Shown in pieces: positions 1 to 10,510 of a DNA stretch of 64,000 nucleotides (position 1 is the first letter of the stretch; each line of letters opens with the position of its first letter). Origin of the DNA: Bacteroidales bacterium (lineage in GTDB: Bacteria; Bacteroidota; Bacteroidia; Bacteroidales; JAIOZK01). Location: assembly GCA_021740625.1 (NCBI GenBank), contig JAIOZK010000002.1, positions 248,497-312,496 on the forward strand, given 5' to 3'. The position numbers and the translations under genes are program-made. The notes beneath the pieces were generated by a model. That model made no database searches. It saw nothing but the letters and a program-made list of their open reading frames with translations, and had not been told where the DNA came from.

Positions 1-132
1 CCGGTTATCGCTTTAACGGCATATGCCCTCGAAGGGGATAAGGAAAAAGCATTGCAGGCAGGTTGCAATGATTATTTATCAAAGCCCATCAAACAATCAA
101 TGCTGACCAGAACGATCGATAGATATCTGTAA
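1..132 (+). CDS. 3' end of a receiver (REC) domain protein, probably a hybrid histidine kinase or response regulator; truncated by the window edge and missing from the ORF track
   Basis: Frame 1 reads [43 protein letters not shown] then TAA at 130-132; typical receiver C-terminal half (ALTA...[10 protein letters not shown]). Confidence 0.9.
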   Translation, partial: PVIALTAYALEGDKEKALQAGCNDYLSKPIKQSMLTRTIDRYL

Positions 133-138
133 ATTGTA

Positions 139-957
139 TTATTGGTTTTTTTTACTGTAAGAATTTATTTTCAGGTTGATCTCAAATATGTGATCAGGCT
201 TTACTGGAAATTCAGCTTGTTTGGTTGTCAGTTGCTTTTTTGTATAAATGGCACAGAGGGTATTCTCTACATGATACAGGTATTTGTGTTCTTTTTTCGG
301 CAAAGCATCCATGATCCCGGCCATCACATCCTGCCTGATCCTTTCGGGATTCTTTGCATAATCATGCCAGACCACAATGCTGTTATCATGTACAAAATGC
401 TCAAAAACTTTCTGTGTATCGTTTTTTACATATTCATAATGATGATCGCCATCGATAAAGATCAGATCGAATTTTTTATCCAGTGCAGCATAGTCAAACG
501 ATCTTGAATCTCCTTTTAGATGTTTTACGTTTTCAATCTCTTTTGAAAAGAAGGCATGCAAGCCAATGTATTTTTCCGGAAAACCGAGTTCCCGCATTTT
601 TTCATCCGGCAGGTTCAGGGTATAACATTCTTCAGCATGGCGGGCCACGTTGGCCACACTTTCACCGCGCCAGGTGCCGATCTCGAAGTATTTGCACGCA
701 TCGATCTTTTCTGCAAGTTTCATCAGCAAAGCAATGTCGGTAGGCAAAGACCCCCCGTCAAGAAAGGCAAACACTGGTATATGGGCTGAAAACCCGGGGA
801 AAAGATGTTCCATGGTTACCACAGGCAGGCTTTCGATATTAAATTTTTTTACAACATATTTTCTCCAAACTTCTTCATCGTCGATCACATGATTGATCAA
901 AGCAGGTTTGCGGATTAGCAGTCCAATGCCTTTGAATAGTTTTTTAAGCTTACTCAT
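139..957 (-). CDS. Class I SAM-dependent methyltransferase (Methyltransf_24-like)
   Basis: FEIGTWRGES SAM motif, FDLIFIDGDHHY and VVWHDY motifs. Confidence 0.85.
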   Translation of the reverse strand: MSKLKKLFKGIGLLIRKPALINHVIDDEEVWRKYVVKKFNIESLPVVTMEHLFPGFSAHIPVFAFLDGGSLPTDIALLMKLAEKIDACKYFEIGTWRGESVANVARHAEECYTLNLPDEKMRELGFPEKYIGLHAFFSKEIENVKHLKGDSRSFDYAALDKKFDLIFIDGDHHYEYVKNDTQKVFEHFVHDNSIVVWHDYAKNPERIRQDVMAGIMDALPKKEHKYLYHVENTLCAIYTKKQLTTKQAEFPVKPDHIFEINLKINSYSKKNQ

Positions 958-974
958 ATAATTCTGTTGATTCG

Positions 975-982
975 CAAAGATA
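975..982 (-). promoter_or_regulatory. Bacteroidota sigma-70 -7 element (TATCTTTG) for the methyltransferase gene
   Basis: Matches TAnnTTTG on the minus strand, 17 nt upstream of the ATG at 957. Confidence 0.6.
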
Positions 983-1018
983 TAGAATTCAATCTGGATT
1001 ATTTAAAAGGACGTACTG

Positions 1019-2518
1019 TTAATATTCCTTGATCTTGTAAAGCTTAAAGTTTCTGTTCTCGAAAACCAAGGTATTTCCGTTTGGATTTAGAGAAATGTAT
1101 TTATCTACATTTTTTTCCTTAAACAGGTTGATTCTCAAAATATAGCTGATATTGTTATTTCGATATTGCTTTCGTATTTCTTCTGGTGAATCTTGTAAAT
1201 TTGTGGTAATACTATATCTATTTGTGAATAAAGCAAGTACCCTCGGTTTGATGAAAGCTATCGTTTCATTTTCATTTGTTTCCTCTTTAATAAAATTGAA
1301 GACCTCCTGGGCATTATTTGTATGAGGACCTTTCAACGGAATATCTTTGTTCCGTACAGTCTTTATAAATCCGGGTATATACATAATTAGGACAAGCAGC
1401 AAAGCGATCAAGGTCAATGTGTCTCTCTTTAACTTTACATTTGCATGAATCCGAGAGATACCTTCTGTCATATAATATATCATCAATGGAAATACCGGCA
1501 ATAAGAAGCGAAAGCCTGATCCGCGATAAGGATATACAAGGATGATGAGCATATAGGAAATGAAAAGCAGATCGGTGAAATTGGCTTGCTTAATCAGTTT
1601 AGAAAAGAACCCGATGCAAAGTAAAGCAATGGCAAAAGACGAAAGAAGCACCGACATGAATTCCCAGTTTCCATAAACAGGTGAGAACTGATTTCTGATG
1701 ATCAGTGAATAGTAAGTCAGGTTTGAGCGTATATCCGAACTGCTAAAATTATCAGAAAAAAAACTGAAATAGGATGCATTGTTGCCAAGCTGGTTTGGAA
1801 AAACGATAAAATTTAGAAGGAAATAAAACAAGATGCTGCAAATCAATAGGTATAGATTAAATCTTAAGTTATGCAGGTTTATCCTTTTAAATAGAAAATA
1901 CCTCCTCACAAAATCGATTGCGATCTTTATTGCTATAGCAAACAGGAAGAATACACCAATTGTTCTTATCGATATAAATAATGAGATCAGTAATCCCAGA
2001 TAGAATACTCTGTAAATTCGGTTATCAGACCTCCATCTGTGCAGAATTAGTATGAGTATAAACAGAAATGAAAAGCAGATATCCGACATGATTTCTGCTT
2101 TAAAACTCAACATCCAGGGATTATAAACCATGACCAGCACAAGAAGAATTGATGTCCAGTTTTTTAAGAATTTCGAAAGGAAGACAAAGGAAGACAATGC
2201 AAACAATATTAAGAAGATGCTTTGATAGATCATCAGTGCTTTGAAATCTAAGCCATAAATCATAATGACGGGTGCAAGTAATAAGGGGAATCCGGGTGGA
2301 TAGGCCGGCGGGCCAATAACAGCTACATTTTCATTAAAAACATATTTTGATTGAGTATATGGGATCCCATTTGCAATGTTTTCAGCTTGTTTCAGGTACT
2401 GTGCAAAATCGCCACCCCAGTCATGATCTGAACGAATATTAACAAACAATAGAGGAATGGTAAAAAGAACAAGCCAGAAAATGGCTTTGTTAAATATTTT
2501 ATCAATGGTCTGATGCAC
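1019..2518 (-). CDS. Polytopic membrane glycosyltransferase, GT-C fold (ArnT/PMT-like)
   Basis: Many hydrophobic segments; HDWGGDFAQY acidic loop after TM1, YPPGFPLLL, IMSD and RFLLPVFP motifs. Confidence 0.7.
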   Translation of the reverse strand: MHQTIDKIFNKAIFWLVLFTIPLLFVNIRSDHDWGGDFAQYLKQAENIANGIPYTQSKYVFNENVAVIGPPAYPPGFPLLLAPVIMIYGLDFKALMIYQSIFLILFALSSFVFLSKFLKNWTSILLVLVMVYNPWMLSFKAEIMSDICFSFLFILILILHRWRSDNRIYRVFYLGLLISLFISIRTIGVFFLFAIAIKIAIDFVRRYFLFKRINLHNLRFNLYLLICSILFYFLLNFIVFPNQLGNNASYFSFFSDNFSSSDIRSNLTYYSLIIRNQFSPVYGNWEFMSVLLSSFAIALLCIGFFSKLIKQANFTDLLFISYMLIILVYPYRGSGFRFLLPVFPLMIYYMTEGISRIHANVKLKRDTLTLIALLLVLIMYIPGFIKTVRNKDIPLKGPHTNNAQEVFNFIKEETNENETIAFIKPRVLALFTNRYSITTNLQDSPEEIRKQYRNNNISYILRINLFKEKNVDKYISLNPNGNTLVFENRNFKLYKIKEY

Positions 2519-2679
2519 TTGTTAATTCATGTTTTAAGCGCAAATTTAGTTCATTTCATCTTTAATAAAAACTTTCTTTGCGATGAGGAGATCAGAAATT
2601 ATTCTCTGGACAGGAACTTTTTAAACATCCCCTGTTTATAAAAAAATTAAATTTTCTTCAAAGTGCTTAATAGAGCCCA

Positions 2680-2687
2680 TATTTTTG
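2680..2687 (+). promoter_or_regulatory. -7 element (TATTTTTG) for parE, followed by AGGAGG
   Basis: TAnnTTTG match 10 nt before the ATG at 2698; AGGAGG at 2692-2697. Confidence 0.55.
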
Positions 2688-2697
2688 CGTTAGGAGG

Positions 2698-4560
2698 ATG
2701 ATTATGGCTGAAAATTATACAGAAGAAAGCATACGGTCACTAGACTGGAAAGAGCATATCAGGCTGAGGCCCGGGATGTACATCGGTAAACTGGGCGATG
2801 GTGCGTCTCCGGATGATGGAATTTATGTGTTGATCAAAGAGATCATCGATAACTCAATCGATGAATATGTGATGGGAAATGGGAACCGCATTGAAGTGAA
2901 GGTCAATGAAAAACAGGTTAGCATCCGTGACTTCGGGCGGGGTATGCCCCTGGGAAAAGTAATCGATTGTGTTTCCAAGATCAATACCGGGGCCAAGTAT
3001 GATTCTAAAGTCTTTAAAAAAGCAGTTGGATTGAATGGTGTGGGTTCCAAGGCCGTAAACGCACTCTCTTCCTATTTTAAAGTACAGTCGGTGCGGGAAA
3101 GAAAGACCAAGGTCGTTGAATATGAAAAAGGCAATCTGATCAAAGATGCTGGTATAATTGAATCCGACGCCGACCGCGGAACGGAAGTTACCTTCATACC
3201 GGATGAGGATATCTTCGGCAATTTTCACTTTATTTCTGAATATGTTGAAAAGCTGCTCTGGAATTATGTCTTTTTGAACAATGGGCTGATCGTGGAGTTT
3301 AACGGTGAGAAAATGGTGGCCAAAAACGGCCTGAAAGACCTGCTCGAAAAGAATATCAATGGGAACGGAGTACTTTATCCCATCATTCATATCCGGGAAG
3401 AAGACCTGGAATTTGCCTTTACCCACAGCTCCAAGCAGTATGGTGAGGAGTATTATTCTTTTGTGAACGGGCAGTATACACCCCTGGGCGGGACACATCA
3501 GCAAGCTTTCCGGGAGGCCATCGTCAGAACCATCCGCGATTTTTACGGGAAAGATTTCGATACCAGCGATATTCACCAGAGTGTGCTGGCAGCCGTAAGC
3601 ATCAAGATCGTGGAACCGGTCTTTGAATCGCAGACCAAGACCAAACTGGGATCGCAGCATATGGAGCCGGGCGGGCAGACCATCCGGAACTTTGTACACG
3701 ATATCGTAAAGCGCAATCTGGATAATTTTCTGCACCAGAACCATGAAACAGCAGAAGCACTGCTCAAACGCATACAACAATCAGAAAAGGAAAGAAAGGA
3801 ACTGGCTGGCATAAAAAAACTGGCCAAAGAAAGCGTGAAGAAAGCCAGTCTGCACAACAAGAAATTACGCGATTGCCGGGTACATCTCAACAGCAAAGAT
3901 GACAAAAGACTGGAAACCACACTTTTCATCACCGAGGGGGATTCGGCTTCCGGGTCAATCACCAAATCGAGGAATGTAAATACACAGGCTGTTTTTAGCC
4001 TTAAGGGCAAACCTTTGAATTGTTATGGCCTAAGCAAGAAAGTCGTTTATGAGAATGATGAGTTCAACCTGCTGCAGGCAGCCCTGAATATTGAAGATGG
4101 ACTCGATAACCTTCGCTATAACAATATCGTGATCGCCACCGATGCCGATGTGGATGGCATGCACATCCGTTTGTTGCTGCTGACTTTCTTCCTTCAGTTT
4201 TATCCCGACCTGGTAAAAGCCGGCCATCTTTACATACTGCAAACCCCGCTTTTCAGGGTGAGGAACAAAAAGGAAACCCATTATTGCTACAGCGAGGAAG
4301 AACGGTTAAAAGCCCTGAAAAAGATTGGAAAAAACCCTGAAATCACCCGCTTTAAAGGACTGGGAGAGATTTCACCCGATGAATTTAAATATTTTATAGG
4401 ACCCAATATCCGCCTCGATCCCGTTATCCTTAAATCGGATGTCAGTATTCACCAGACACTTGCCTTCTATATGGGCAAAAATACGCCCGACAGGCAAAAC
4501 TTCATAATCGAAAATCTTCGCTTTGAGGAAGATGTCGTGGAAGAGATGGAAGCGGCTTAA
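2698..4560 (+). CDS. parE: DNA topoisomerase IV subunit B (start at 2698 or 2704)
   Basis: [38 protein letters not shown] and RFKGLGE motifs; 620 aa with the Bacteroidota ParE-type N-terminus ([16 protein letters not shown]). Confidence 0.92.
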   Translation: MIMAENYTEESIRSLDWKEHIRLRPGMYIGKLGDGASPDDGIYVLIKEIIDNSIDEYVMGNGNRIEVKVNEKQVSIRDFGRGMPLGKVIDCVSKINTGAKYDSKVFKKAVGLNGVGSKAVNALSSYFKVQSVRERKTKVVEYEKGNLIKDAGIIESDADRGTEVTFIPDEDIFGNFHFISEYVEKLLWNYVFLNNGLIVEFNGEKMVAKNGLKDLLEKNINGNGVLYPIIHIREEDLEFAFTHSSKQYGEEYYSFVNGQYTPLGGTHQQAFREAIVRTIRDFYGKDFDTSDIHQSVLAAVSIKIVEPVFESQTKTKLGSQHMEPGGQTIRNFVHDIVKRNLDNFLHQNHETAEALLKRIQQSEKERKELAGIKKLAKESVKKASLHNKKLRDCRVHLNSKDDKRLETTLFITEGDSASGSITKSRNVNTQAVFSLKGKPLNCYGLSKKVVYENDEFNLLQAALNIEDGLDNLRYNNIVIATDADVDGMHIRLLLLTFFLQFYPDLVKAGHLYILQTPLFRVRNKKETHYCYSEEERLKALKKIGKNPEITRFKGLGEISPDEFKYFIGPNIRLDPVILKSDVSIHQTLAFYMGKNTPDRQNFIIENLRFEEDVVEEMEAA

Positions 4561-4715
4561 TGCTGTAATTACATTGAAAGACAAAGCCTGTGGTCTTAGC
4601 AGATTATCACAATTAGTTTGAAATTTGCTAAGAATCTTTTAGATTTGTATGGATGAGTGGGTAGTGTGCAGCATTTTGATTCATGCCGGATAGAATTATA
4701 TAAATATTTGCATAA

Positions 4716-7169
4716 ATGAAAAAACATCTTCTTTACATTCTTGTACCCACATTATTATTTGCTTTAAATGGATTTCCACAGGGTTCATGCTGTGATTACG
4801 CTCCAAGCGGTCAAAATCCCGGTCCCGGAGAGGATAGTGAAACATTTGGTGTTGGTCTTGGTGATATTGATGGCGACGGAGATCTCGATGCGGTTGTAGT
4901 GGATGCTTACGATGACATGGAAGTATATCTCAATAATGGAAGCGGTAACTTTTCACTCAGCCAGAGCTATGGATCTTCTGATTCCTGGTTTGATCCGACA
5001 TTGGTTGATGTTGATATGGATGGTGACCTTGATATTGTTGTATCCGCTTTCTATTCCGGTTCGGGATCTGAGGTTTGGGAAAACGATGGAAGTGGTAGTT
5101 TTAGTCTTTCTCAATCTTCTATTGGATATTCCATCTCAATGCGAAATATCACAATTGTTGACCTGAATGATGACGGTGCTCCTGATATTTTTACACCGGC
5201 GTATAGCAGTGGCAACGGTGAAGTTTGGCTAAATGATGGAAATGGTACTTTTATAAATTCCAATCAACCAATAGATGCCTCTTCGGCTACTCAAGCAGCC
5301 CTGGCTGATTTTGATGGCGATGGAGATCTTGATGCTTTTATTGCCAGAACCAATGGTGCAGCGAATAAGGTTTTTATTAATGTCGGATCAGCCTTTTTCA
5401 GCGATACACAACAAGCATTGGGAAGTGCATTTTCAAATGGGGCCCAGGCTGCTGACGTGGATGACGACGGGGATATGGATGTGGTTGTGGCAAATTGGCA
5501 AAGTCCTTCAAAGGTTTGGCTTAATGATGGAAACGCTGTGTTTACCGAGGGTCCTGATATAGATAATGATAATTATGCCAAAGGGATTGAAATCAGTGAT
5601 ATTGATTACGATTGTGATCCTGATGTGATCCTGGGCTCATATGGCTCAAATGGACTTCAGGTATGGACCAATGATGGTGCTGGAAATTTTGATCTTTGTT
5701 TTGAGAATTCAAATAGTATTTATTCGCATGGCATTGCTGTTGGCGATATGAACAACAACCTTATGCCTGATATTTGGCTTGGGAATTTTAGTTCTTCTGC
5801 CGGAGATTATATCTTTCTAAAATCAACGCCTGTTTTTGTAAATGACACAATATTATTATGTGAAGGCGACAGCACCTATATTGGTTGTGATTGGCAAACA
5901 AGCACGGGCGATTATCTTCAGGCCATCAATTGTGATACACTTTGCTGGTATCATGTAGCTATGGTTTTGATAGATTCAACTGTTACCCTGGAAAACACTG
6001 TACTTACTGCACCAGGTGGTTATGATGCCTATCAATGGTTTGATTGCAATACCATGACAGCCATTGTTGGAGCTGATAGTAATGTTTTTGATCCTGATAC
6101 CACCGGAACCTATGCTGTTGAAATCACACAAGAATCTTGCGTAGATACATCCGAATGCTTTTTTGTCCAAACACCGCTTGCTGATTTTTCTGCAGATCCT
6201 ACCTATGGCTTGCCTCCTTTAATGGTTGATTTTACCGATCTTTCGTTGGATAGCGTGAATACCTGGGAATGGGATTTTGGTGATGGTGGTACCTCAACCG
6301 AACAACATCCCGATTATGAGTATACAGAGCCCGGATTGTATTCTGTTAAGCTAAAAATTACCGGACCAGGAGGAATTGATAGCATAACTAAACAGGACTA
6401 TATTGATGTGTTTTTTGACCCGCCAACTGCAGACTTTATCGGTGAGCCTACAAGTGGTTTGTCCCCCCTTGAGGTCCAATTTACGGATCTGTCAGTTGAC
6501 AGCGTTAACAATTGGTATTGGCATTTTGGTGATGGCGAAGTTGGGTATATACAGAATCCTCTGCATACTTATGATACGGCAGGAACTTATACAGTAAGTC
6601 TTTCGGTTGATGGCCCGGGTGGAAGTGATATGATGGAGAAAGTTGACTATATTTCGGTTGAGCCGGATATTATTCAGGCTGATTTTAGTGGTTCACCAAC
6701 CATTGGTCAATCTCCTTTAACGGTTGATTTTATTGACCTCTCAATAGGAGAAATAGATTCATGGAAATGGGCCTTTGGTGATGGCGACTCTGCCAGCATT
6801 CAAAATCCTTCTCACGAATATCTGAATCCGGGAAGTTTTACGGTTTCATTAACAGTTGATGGTATTGCCGGAACAAGTACAGAAACCAAGGTGGATTATA
6901 TTCTTATTCCTGTTGCGAAGGAAGAGAGCGCTGCTCGGTCTGTTATGGTTTATCCGAATCCGGTCTCGGATTTTCTTTATATCGATTTTAACAAGACTTC
7001 TCCATTTAAAATATACATGAGAAATAACGAGGGCAAAACAGTTTTGCAAAAAACCGCCAATTCTCTTCATGAAAAAATAGATGTTAGTGCCTTGAAACCG
7101 GGAGTTTATTCTCTTATTGTCGAATCTGAGGATGGAAGTCAGTTTAATGTTAAAGTTGTTAAAGATTAA
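4716..7169 (+). CDS. T9SS type A cargo: FG-GAP/VCBS beta-propeller, 3 PKD domains and CTD
   Basis: Signal peptide; seven DxDxDGDxD-type repeats; three WxWxFGDG PKD repeats; C-terminal VYPNP...LKPGVYSL...KVVKD. Confidence 0.9.
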   Translation: MKKHLLYILVPTLLFALNGFPQGSCCDYAPSGQNPGPGEDSETFGVGLGDIDGDGDLDAVVVDAYDDMEVYLNNGSGNFSLSQSYGSSDSWFDPTLVDVDMDGDLDIVVSAFYSGSGSEVWENDGSGSFSLSQSSIGYSISMRNITIVDLNDDGAPDIFTPAYSSGNGEVWLNDGNGTFINSNQPIDASSATQAALADFDGDGDLDAFIARTNGAANKVFINVGSAFFSDTQQALGSAFSNGAQAADVDDDGDMDVVVANWQSPSKVWLNDGNAVFTEGPDIDNDNYAKGIEISDIDYDCDPDVILGSYGSNGLQVWTNDGAGNFDLCFENSNSIYSHGIAVGDMNNNLMPDIWLGNFSSSAGDYIFLKSTPVFVNDTILLCEGDSTYIGCDWQTSTGDYLQAINCDTLCWYHVAMVLIDSTVTLENTVLTAPGGYDAYQWFDCNTMTAIVGADSNVFDPDTTGTYAVEITQESCVDTSECFFVQTPLADFSADPTYGLPPLMVDFTDLSLDSVNTWEWDFGDGGTSTEQHPDYEYTEPGLYSVKLKITGPGGIDSITKQDYIDVFFDPPTADFIGEPTSGLSPLEVQFTDLSVDSVNNWYWHFGDGEVGYIQNPLHTYDTAGTYTVSLSVDGPGGSDMMEKVDYISVEPDIIQADFSGSPTIGQSPLTVDFIDLSIGEIDSWKWAFGDGDSASIQNPSHEYLNPGSFTVSLTVDGIAGTSTETKVDYILIPVAKEESAARSVMVYPNPVSDFLYIDFNKTSPFKIYMRNNEGKTVLQKTANSLHEKIDVSALKPGVYSLIVESEDGSQFNVKVVKD

Positions 7170-7419
7170 GGCTTTAAAATATTTTATACCCTTGGCTGAG
7201 GGGATTTGAATTAGCATGATGATTTCCCGTTTTAACCCGATTGTATTCTTCTGGTTTTTCCCCAACGCGAATATTTTCTTTGAGTCCTTTTCTGTCGCAA
7301 GATATCTGGAGTCGTGCCAAGCTTTGTTTGTCGGATCATTAACCCGCTTATTTTGAGTAATGCAATTTATTGTTGTCAGCAGGTGAATTGTACCGGGAAA
7401 AAGTACTGTTTACATAACT

Positions 7420-8928
7420 CTATGATAGTTCTCTGAAGGCTTTAGGCAATTTCTCAATAATATCACCAGCGATCATTGATTCAAAACCCATCTTTCTGGA
7501 GGCAAAATCACCGGCTCTGCCATGCAAATAAACACCCAGTAAACAAGCTTCAATTTGTGTGTATCCCTGAGCAAGAAGGCCGAGAATAGTACCGGTCAAT
7601 ACATCTCCGCTGCCCCCCGTGGCCATACCCGGATTTCCGCTTGAGTTAAAATAACATTTGCCATCCGGTGTGCTGGTAATTGTGTGGGCGCCCTTTAAAA
7701 CTACATAGCATGAGTTTTTTATGGAGAACTCTTTTTGTAATGCATTCCTGTGAAAATCATCATCAGCTTTGGTAGTGAGTCTTTCAAATTCCCTGGGATG
7801 TGGAGTAAAAATGCTCCCCTTCGGAATGAATGGGATCCATGTTTTGTTTTCGGCTAAGATGTTGATGGCATCTGCATCGAATAGCATGGGAATACCTGCA
7901 TTCTGGATCAGAAGTTTCAGGGCATTGGCAGTTTGCTCGCTGGTTCCGATTCCCGGTCCGACCCCAATAATATTGTAAGGGGAAAGATCGGGTACTTCGC
8001 TGAAAATCTCTTCTGAGCGATCGATGGAAGTCATCACTTCTGATGCTGCTGTTTGCATGATCTGGTAGCCTTTTTTTGGCAGGTGACAGCTTACCAGTCC
8101 GGCTCCACTTCTCATGGCTGCTTTTGCTGCCATCACTGCTGCACCCATCTTTCCGTAAGATCCCGAAACCAGCATGGCATGTCCGTAGGTTCCTTTGTGG
8201 GAGAATTTTTTCCGGGGATGCAAGATGCCTTTCACGTCTTTTTTCAATACATAAAAATCCTTTGCTTCCACGTTCTGGATAAAATCTTTATGCAAACCAA
8301 TGGGCAGGATGATCCATTCACCCACGCATTCATCGTTCTCTGCAAAGAAAAATGCTTTCTTGGGAAATTGAAAAGAAAGAGTATAATCGGCTTTAAGGAT
8401 CGCACTGTTTGTTCCTTTGGTGCTCTTGTCAGCAAACAAACCCGAAGGCATGTCGATGGCGATGATCATAGCATTGCTCTCGTTCATGGCGTTGATCACA
8501 TCACCGATAAATCCTTTCACAGGCCGGGTAAGGCCTGAACCGAAAATGCCATCGATGATTACTTCTTTCTCAGAAAACTTTGGCAATGCGTCTCCATCTT
8601 TTATTTCCGTAAGCTTTGCTTTTTTCTGATCTCTCAGTCTTTTCAGGTTATGGCTGAAATCATCAGATTCTTTGTTGGTAAAACGGAGGATGATCACTTC
8701 TACCTGAAATCCATCTCCCGCCAGCAATCTTGACAATACTAACCCGTCTCCGCCGTTATTGCCCGGTCCGACGACAATTTTAAATACCTGTTTTTTCTTG
8801 GATCTTTTGATGATCCATTTATAACATTGGGTGCCTGCCCTTTCCATCAGATCTGTGGATTGGATGGGTTCGTTTTTAATGGTGTATTGATCGGCTTCGC
8901 GCACCTGGTCTATGGATAAAATTTTCAT
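7420..8928 (-). CDS. nnr: Bifunctional NAD(P)H-hydrate epimerase/dehydratase
   Basis: GPGNNGGDG, IDGIFGSG, DMPSG (YjeF-N); SHKGTYG, DADA, TPHPRE, GMATGGSGDVLTG (YjeF-C). Confidence 0.93.
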   Translation of the reverse strand: MKILSIDQVREADQYTIKNEPIQSTDLMERAGTQCYKWIIKRSKKKQVFKIVVGPGNNGGDGLVLSRLLAGDGFQVEVIILRFTNKESDDFSHNLKRLRDQKKAKLTEIKDGDALPKFSEKEVIIDGIFGSGLTRPVKGFIGDVINAMNESNAMIIAIDMPSGLFADKSTKGTNSAILKADYTLSFQFPKKAFFFAENDECVGEWIILPIGLHKDFIQNVEAKDFYVLKKDVKGILHPRKKFSHKGTYGHAMLVSGSYGKMGAAVMAAKAAMRSGAGLVSCHLPKKGYQIMQTAASEVMTSIDRSEEIFSEVPDLSPYNIIGVGPGIGTSEQTANALKLLIQNAGIPMLFDADAINILAENKTWIPFIPKGSIFTPHPREFERLTTKADDDFHRNALQKEFSIKNSCYVVLKGAHTITSTPDGKCYFNSSGNPGMATGGSGDVLTGTILGLLAQGYTQIEACLLGVYLHGRAGDFASRKMGFESMIAGDIIEKLPKAFRELS

Positions 8929-8987
8929 ATTCGCTAGTTTTTAACAAAGTTAAGGAAAAGGAGCCACAAATGCAGGTGGCGAAGCAT

Positions 8988-10415
8988 CTACGGAACCTGG
9001 TAAACATGGCTTTCTTCTGCATGTTCGGGCAAATACCAGTCGGGATTCACAGATCCCCCGCTTTCGGCCCAACCCACAAACTCGGGATATGCAAAAATGA
9101 TATCGTTTTTCTCCAAAGGATATTCAAAGCTGTAGCTGATGTCGATTGCCCAGGGCAGGTTGTTCACCGACTTGTAATATCTGCCTGTGGCAGGGTCAGA
9201 ATCATCATTTTGTGTGCCGAAATAGGACATGTTCACCAGATCAGTTGGTGGAAAGTCCGGCAGGTGAACTTCTTTTCCCCTTTCTCCATCTACAATGATA
9301 AATGGATTTACATCATCATAACACAAGGCAGTGGTGGTCCAGGGGTAAGCATACCAGGGGATCGAACAACCGTAAAAAGGCCTGTTTTCCCAGGGAAACT
9401 CAATTTTCAGATGTATGGTGACAGGTGGCTCATAAGGCGCCGATTGTACTGTATTCACAAAACTGGAACCTCCGGGATTGGGCAGTATGTTTTCAACATT
9501 ATCGGTGACAATGGTCACGGCATCGTCCTGCCCGTCCTCAACATTGTTGTCCCGCAGGCTGACATAGCCCTCTGTGAGGAGTGATGAAAAATCATCCGAC
9601 CAACTTCCGTCATCATATCTCCATTGTATGTTGGCCACATGCTCATGCGGAATGCCCATCATTTCCATCCCAAAACCATTTTCGAAGGTGGCACCGATGG
9701 CCCGTATTTTATAGGAGGGATGCACCTCAACGATATACTGTCCGTGGAACAAGGTGTTACAAACCACCACCATATAATAAAAATCAATCACCACATCGTT
9801 AAAATCGTAATCACCGTAACCGGGCCACAAGTCTTCGAATGCATAGGATGCCCAGGGAATAACTACATTGGTTCCCCTGTTTTTCATGTTCTCCCCGCCC
9901 GGGTAAAAGATATTGTAAGCACGGGAGGAATCATTGGGATAATCATCTTCCGGATCAATAACATGATCTCCATCGGTATCTACCTCCATCGATAGAGAAG
10001 TTGCATCGAATTTCTTTTTCGTGAGGGTGTGCTCTACCGATCCATTGACAACCGGAACGGTTGCGGTTTCGCACAATGTGCCATCAGCATATCGTATCAA
10101 AACATGATCCATGTAAGTAGGAATGTGAATATATGATTCCATGGATCTTTCTACACTGTCAGTTGGCATGGCCTTCAGAAAAGTATTGCTTTCATCGGTC
10201 GACATTACATAAGTGGTACGCCAGGGAACACCTTCGGGGATGATCACCTTAACACTTACATTGTGACTTGTATTGTAATTGAAACCTGCAGGGACATTAA
10301 GGTCGCGCATGGTTTGGGGCCCGGTGGGCTCTTCATCATCTGAGGTTTTACATTGACTGAATAATAAAATAATTGCTGAAATGCTCAATAAAAAGAAATT
10401 TTTTCCGGACATCAT
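8988..10415 (-). CDS. LruC domain (DUF4842-like) lipoprotein
   Basis: Lipoprotein-like signal (LFSQC); DTDGDHVIDPEDDYPND; AFEDLWPGYGDYDFNDVV; EVHLPDFPPT; NLPWA; AYPEFVGWAESGG. The track's TTG start (10442) overlaps a TATATTTG -7 element, so ATG 10415/10412 is preferred. Confidence 0.8.
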   Translation of the reverse strand: MMSGKNFFLLSISAIILLFSQCKTSDDEEPTGPQTMRDLNVPAGFNYNTSHNVSVKVIIPEGVPWRTTYVMSTDESNTFLKAMPTDSVERSMESYIHIPTYMDHVLIRYADGTLCETATVPVVNGSVEHTLTKKKFDATSLSMEVDTDGDHVIDPEDDYPNDSSRAYNIFYPGGENMKNRGTNVVIPWASYAFEDLWPGYGDYDFNDVVIDFYYMVVVCNTLFHGQYIVEVHPSYKIRAIGATFENGFGMEMMGIPHEHVANIQWRYDDGSWSDDFSSLLTEGYVSLRDNNVEDGQDDAVTIVTDNVENILPNPGGSSFVNTVQSAPYEPPVTIHLKIEFPWENRPFYGCSIPWYAYPWTTTALCYDDVNPFIIVDGERGKEVHLPDFPPTDLVNMSYFGTQNDDSDPATGRYYKSVNNLPWAIDISYSFEYPLEKNDIIFAYPEFVGWAESGGSVNPDWYLPEHAEESHVYQVP

Positions 10416-10510
10416 GTTAATATTAATTGGTTTGTATTGCAAATATATAGATTTATAATAATTTGTTTTACTTTGCCAGAGAAGAAATGTTAGCGTTGAG
10501 GTTAATTATT

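Noticed and set aside
2854-3780. 308-aa antisense ORF within parE (similarly 35076..35987 and many shorter ones)
   Set aside because: Fully opposite well-supported genes and without recognisable motifs; explained by codon bias.
7170-7419. Possible small RNA or gene between the convergent cargo gene and nnr
   Set aside because: No convincing ORF, tRNA fold or strong hairpin found by eye.
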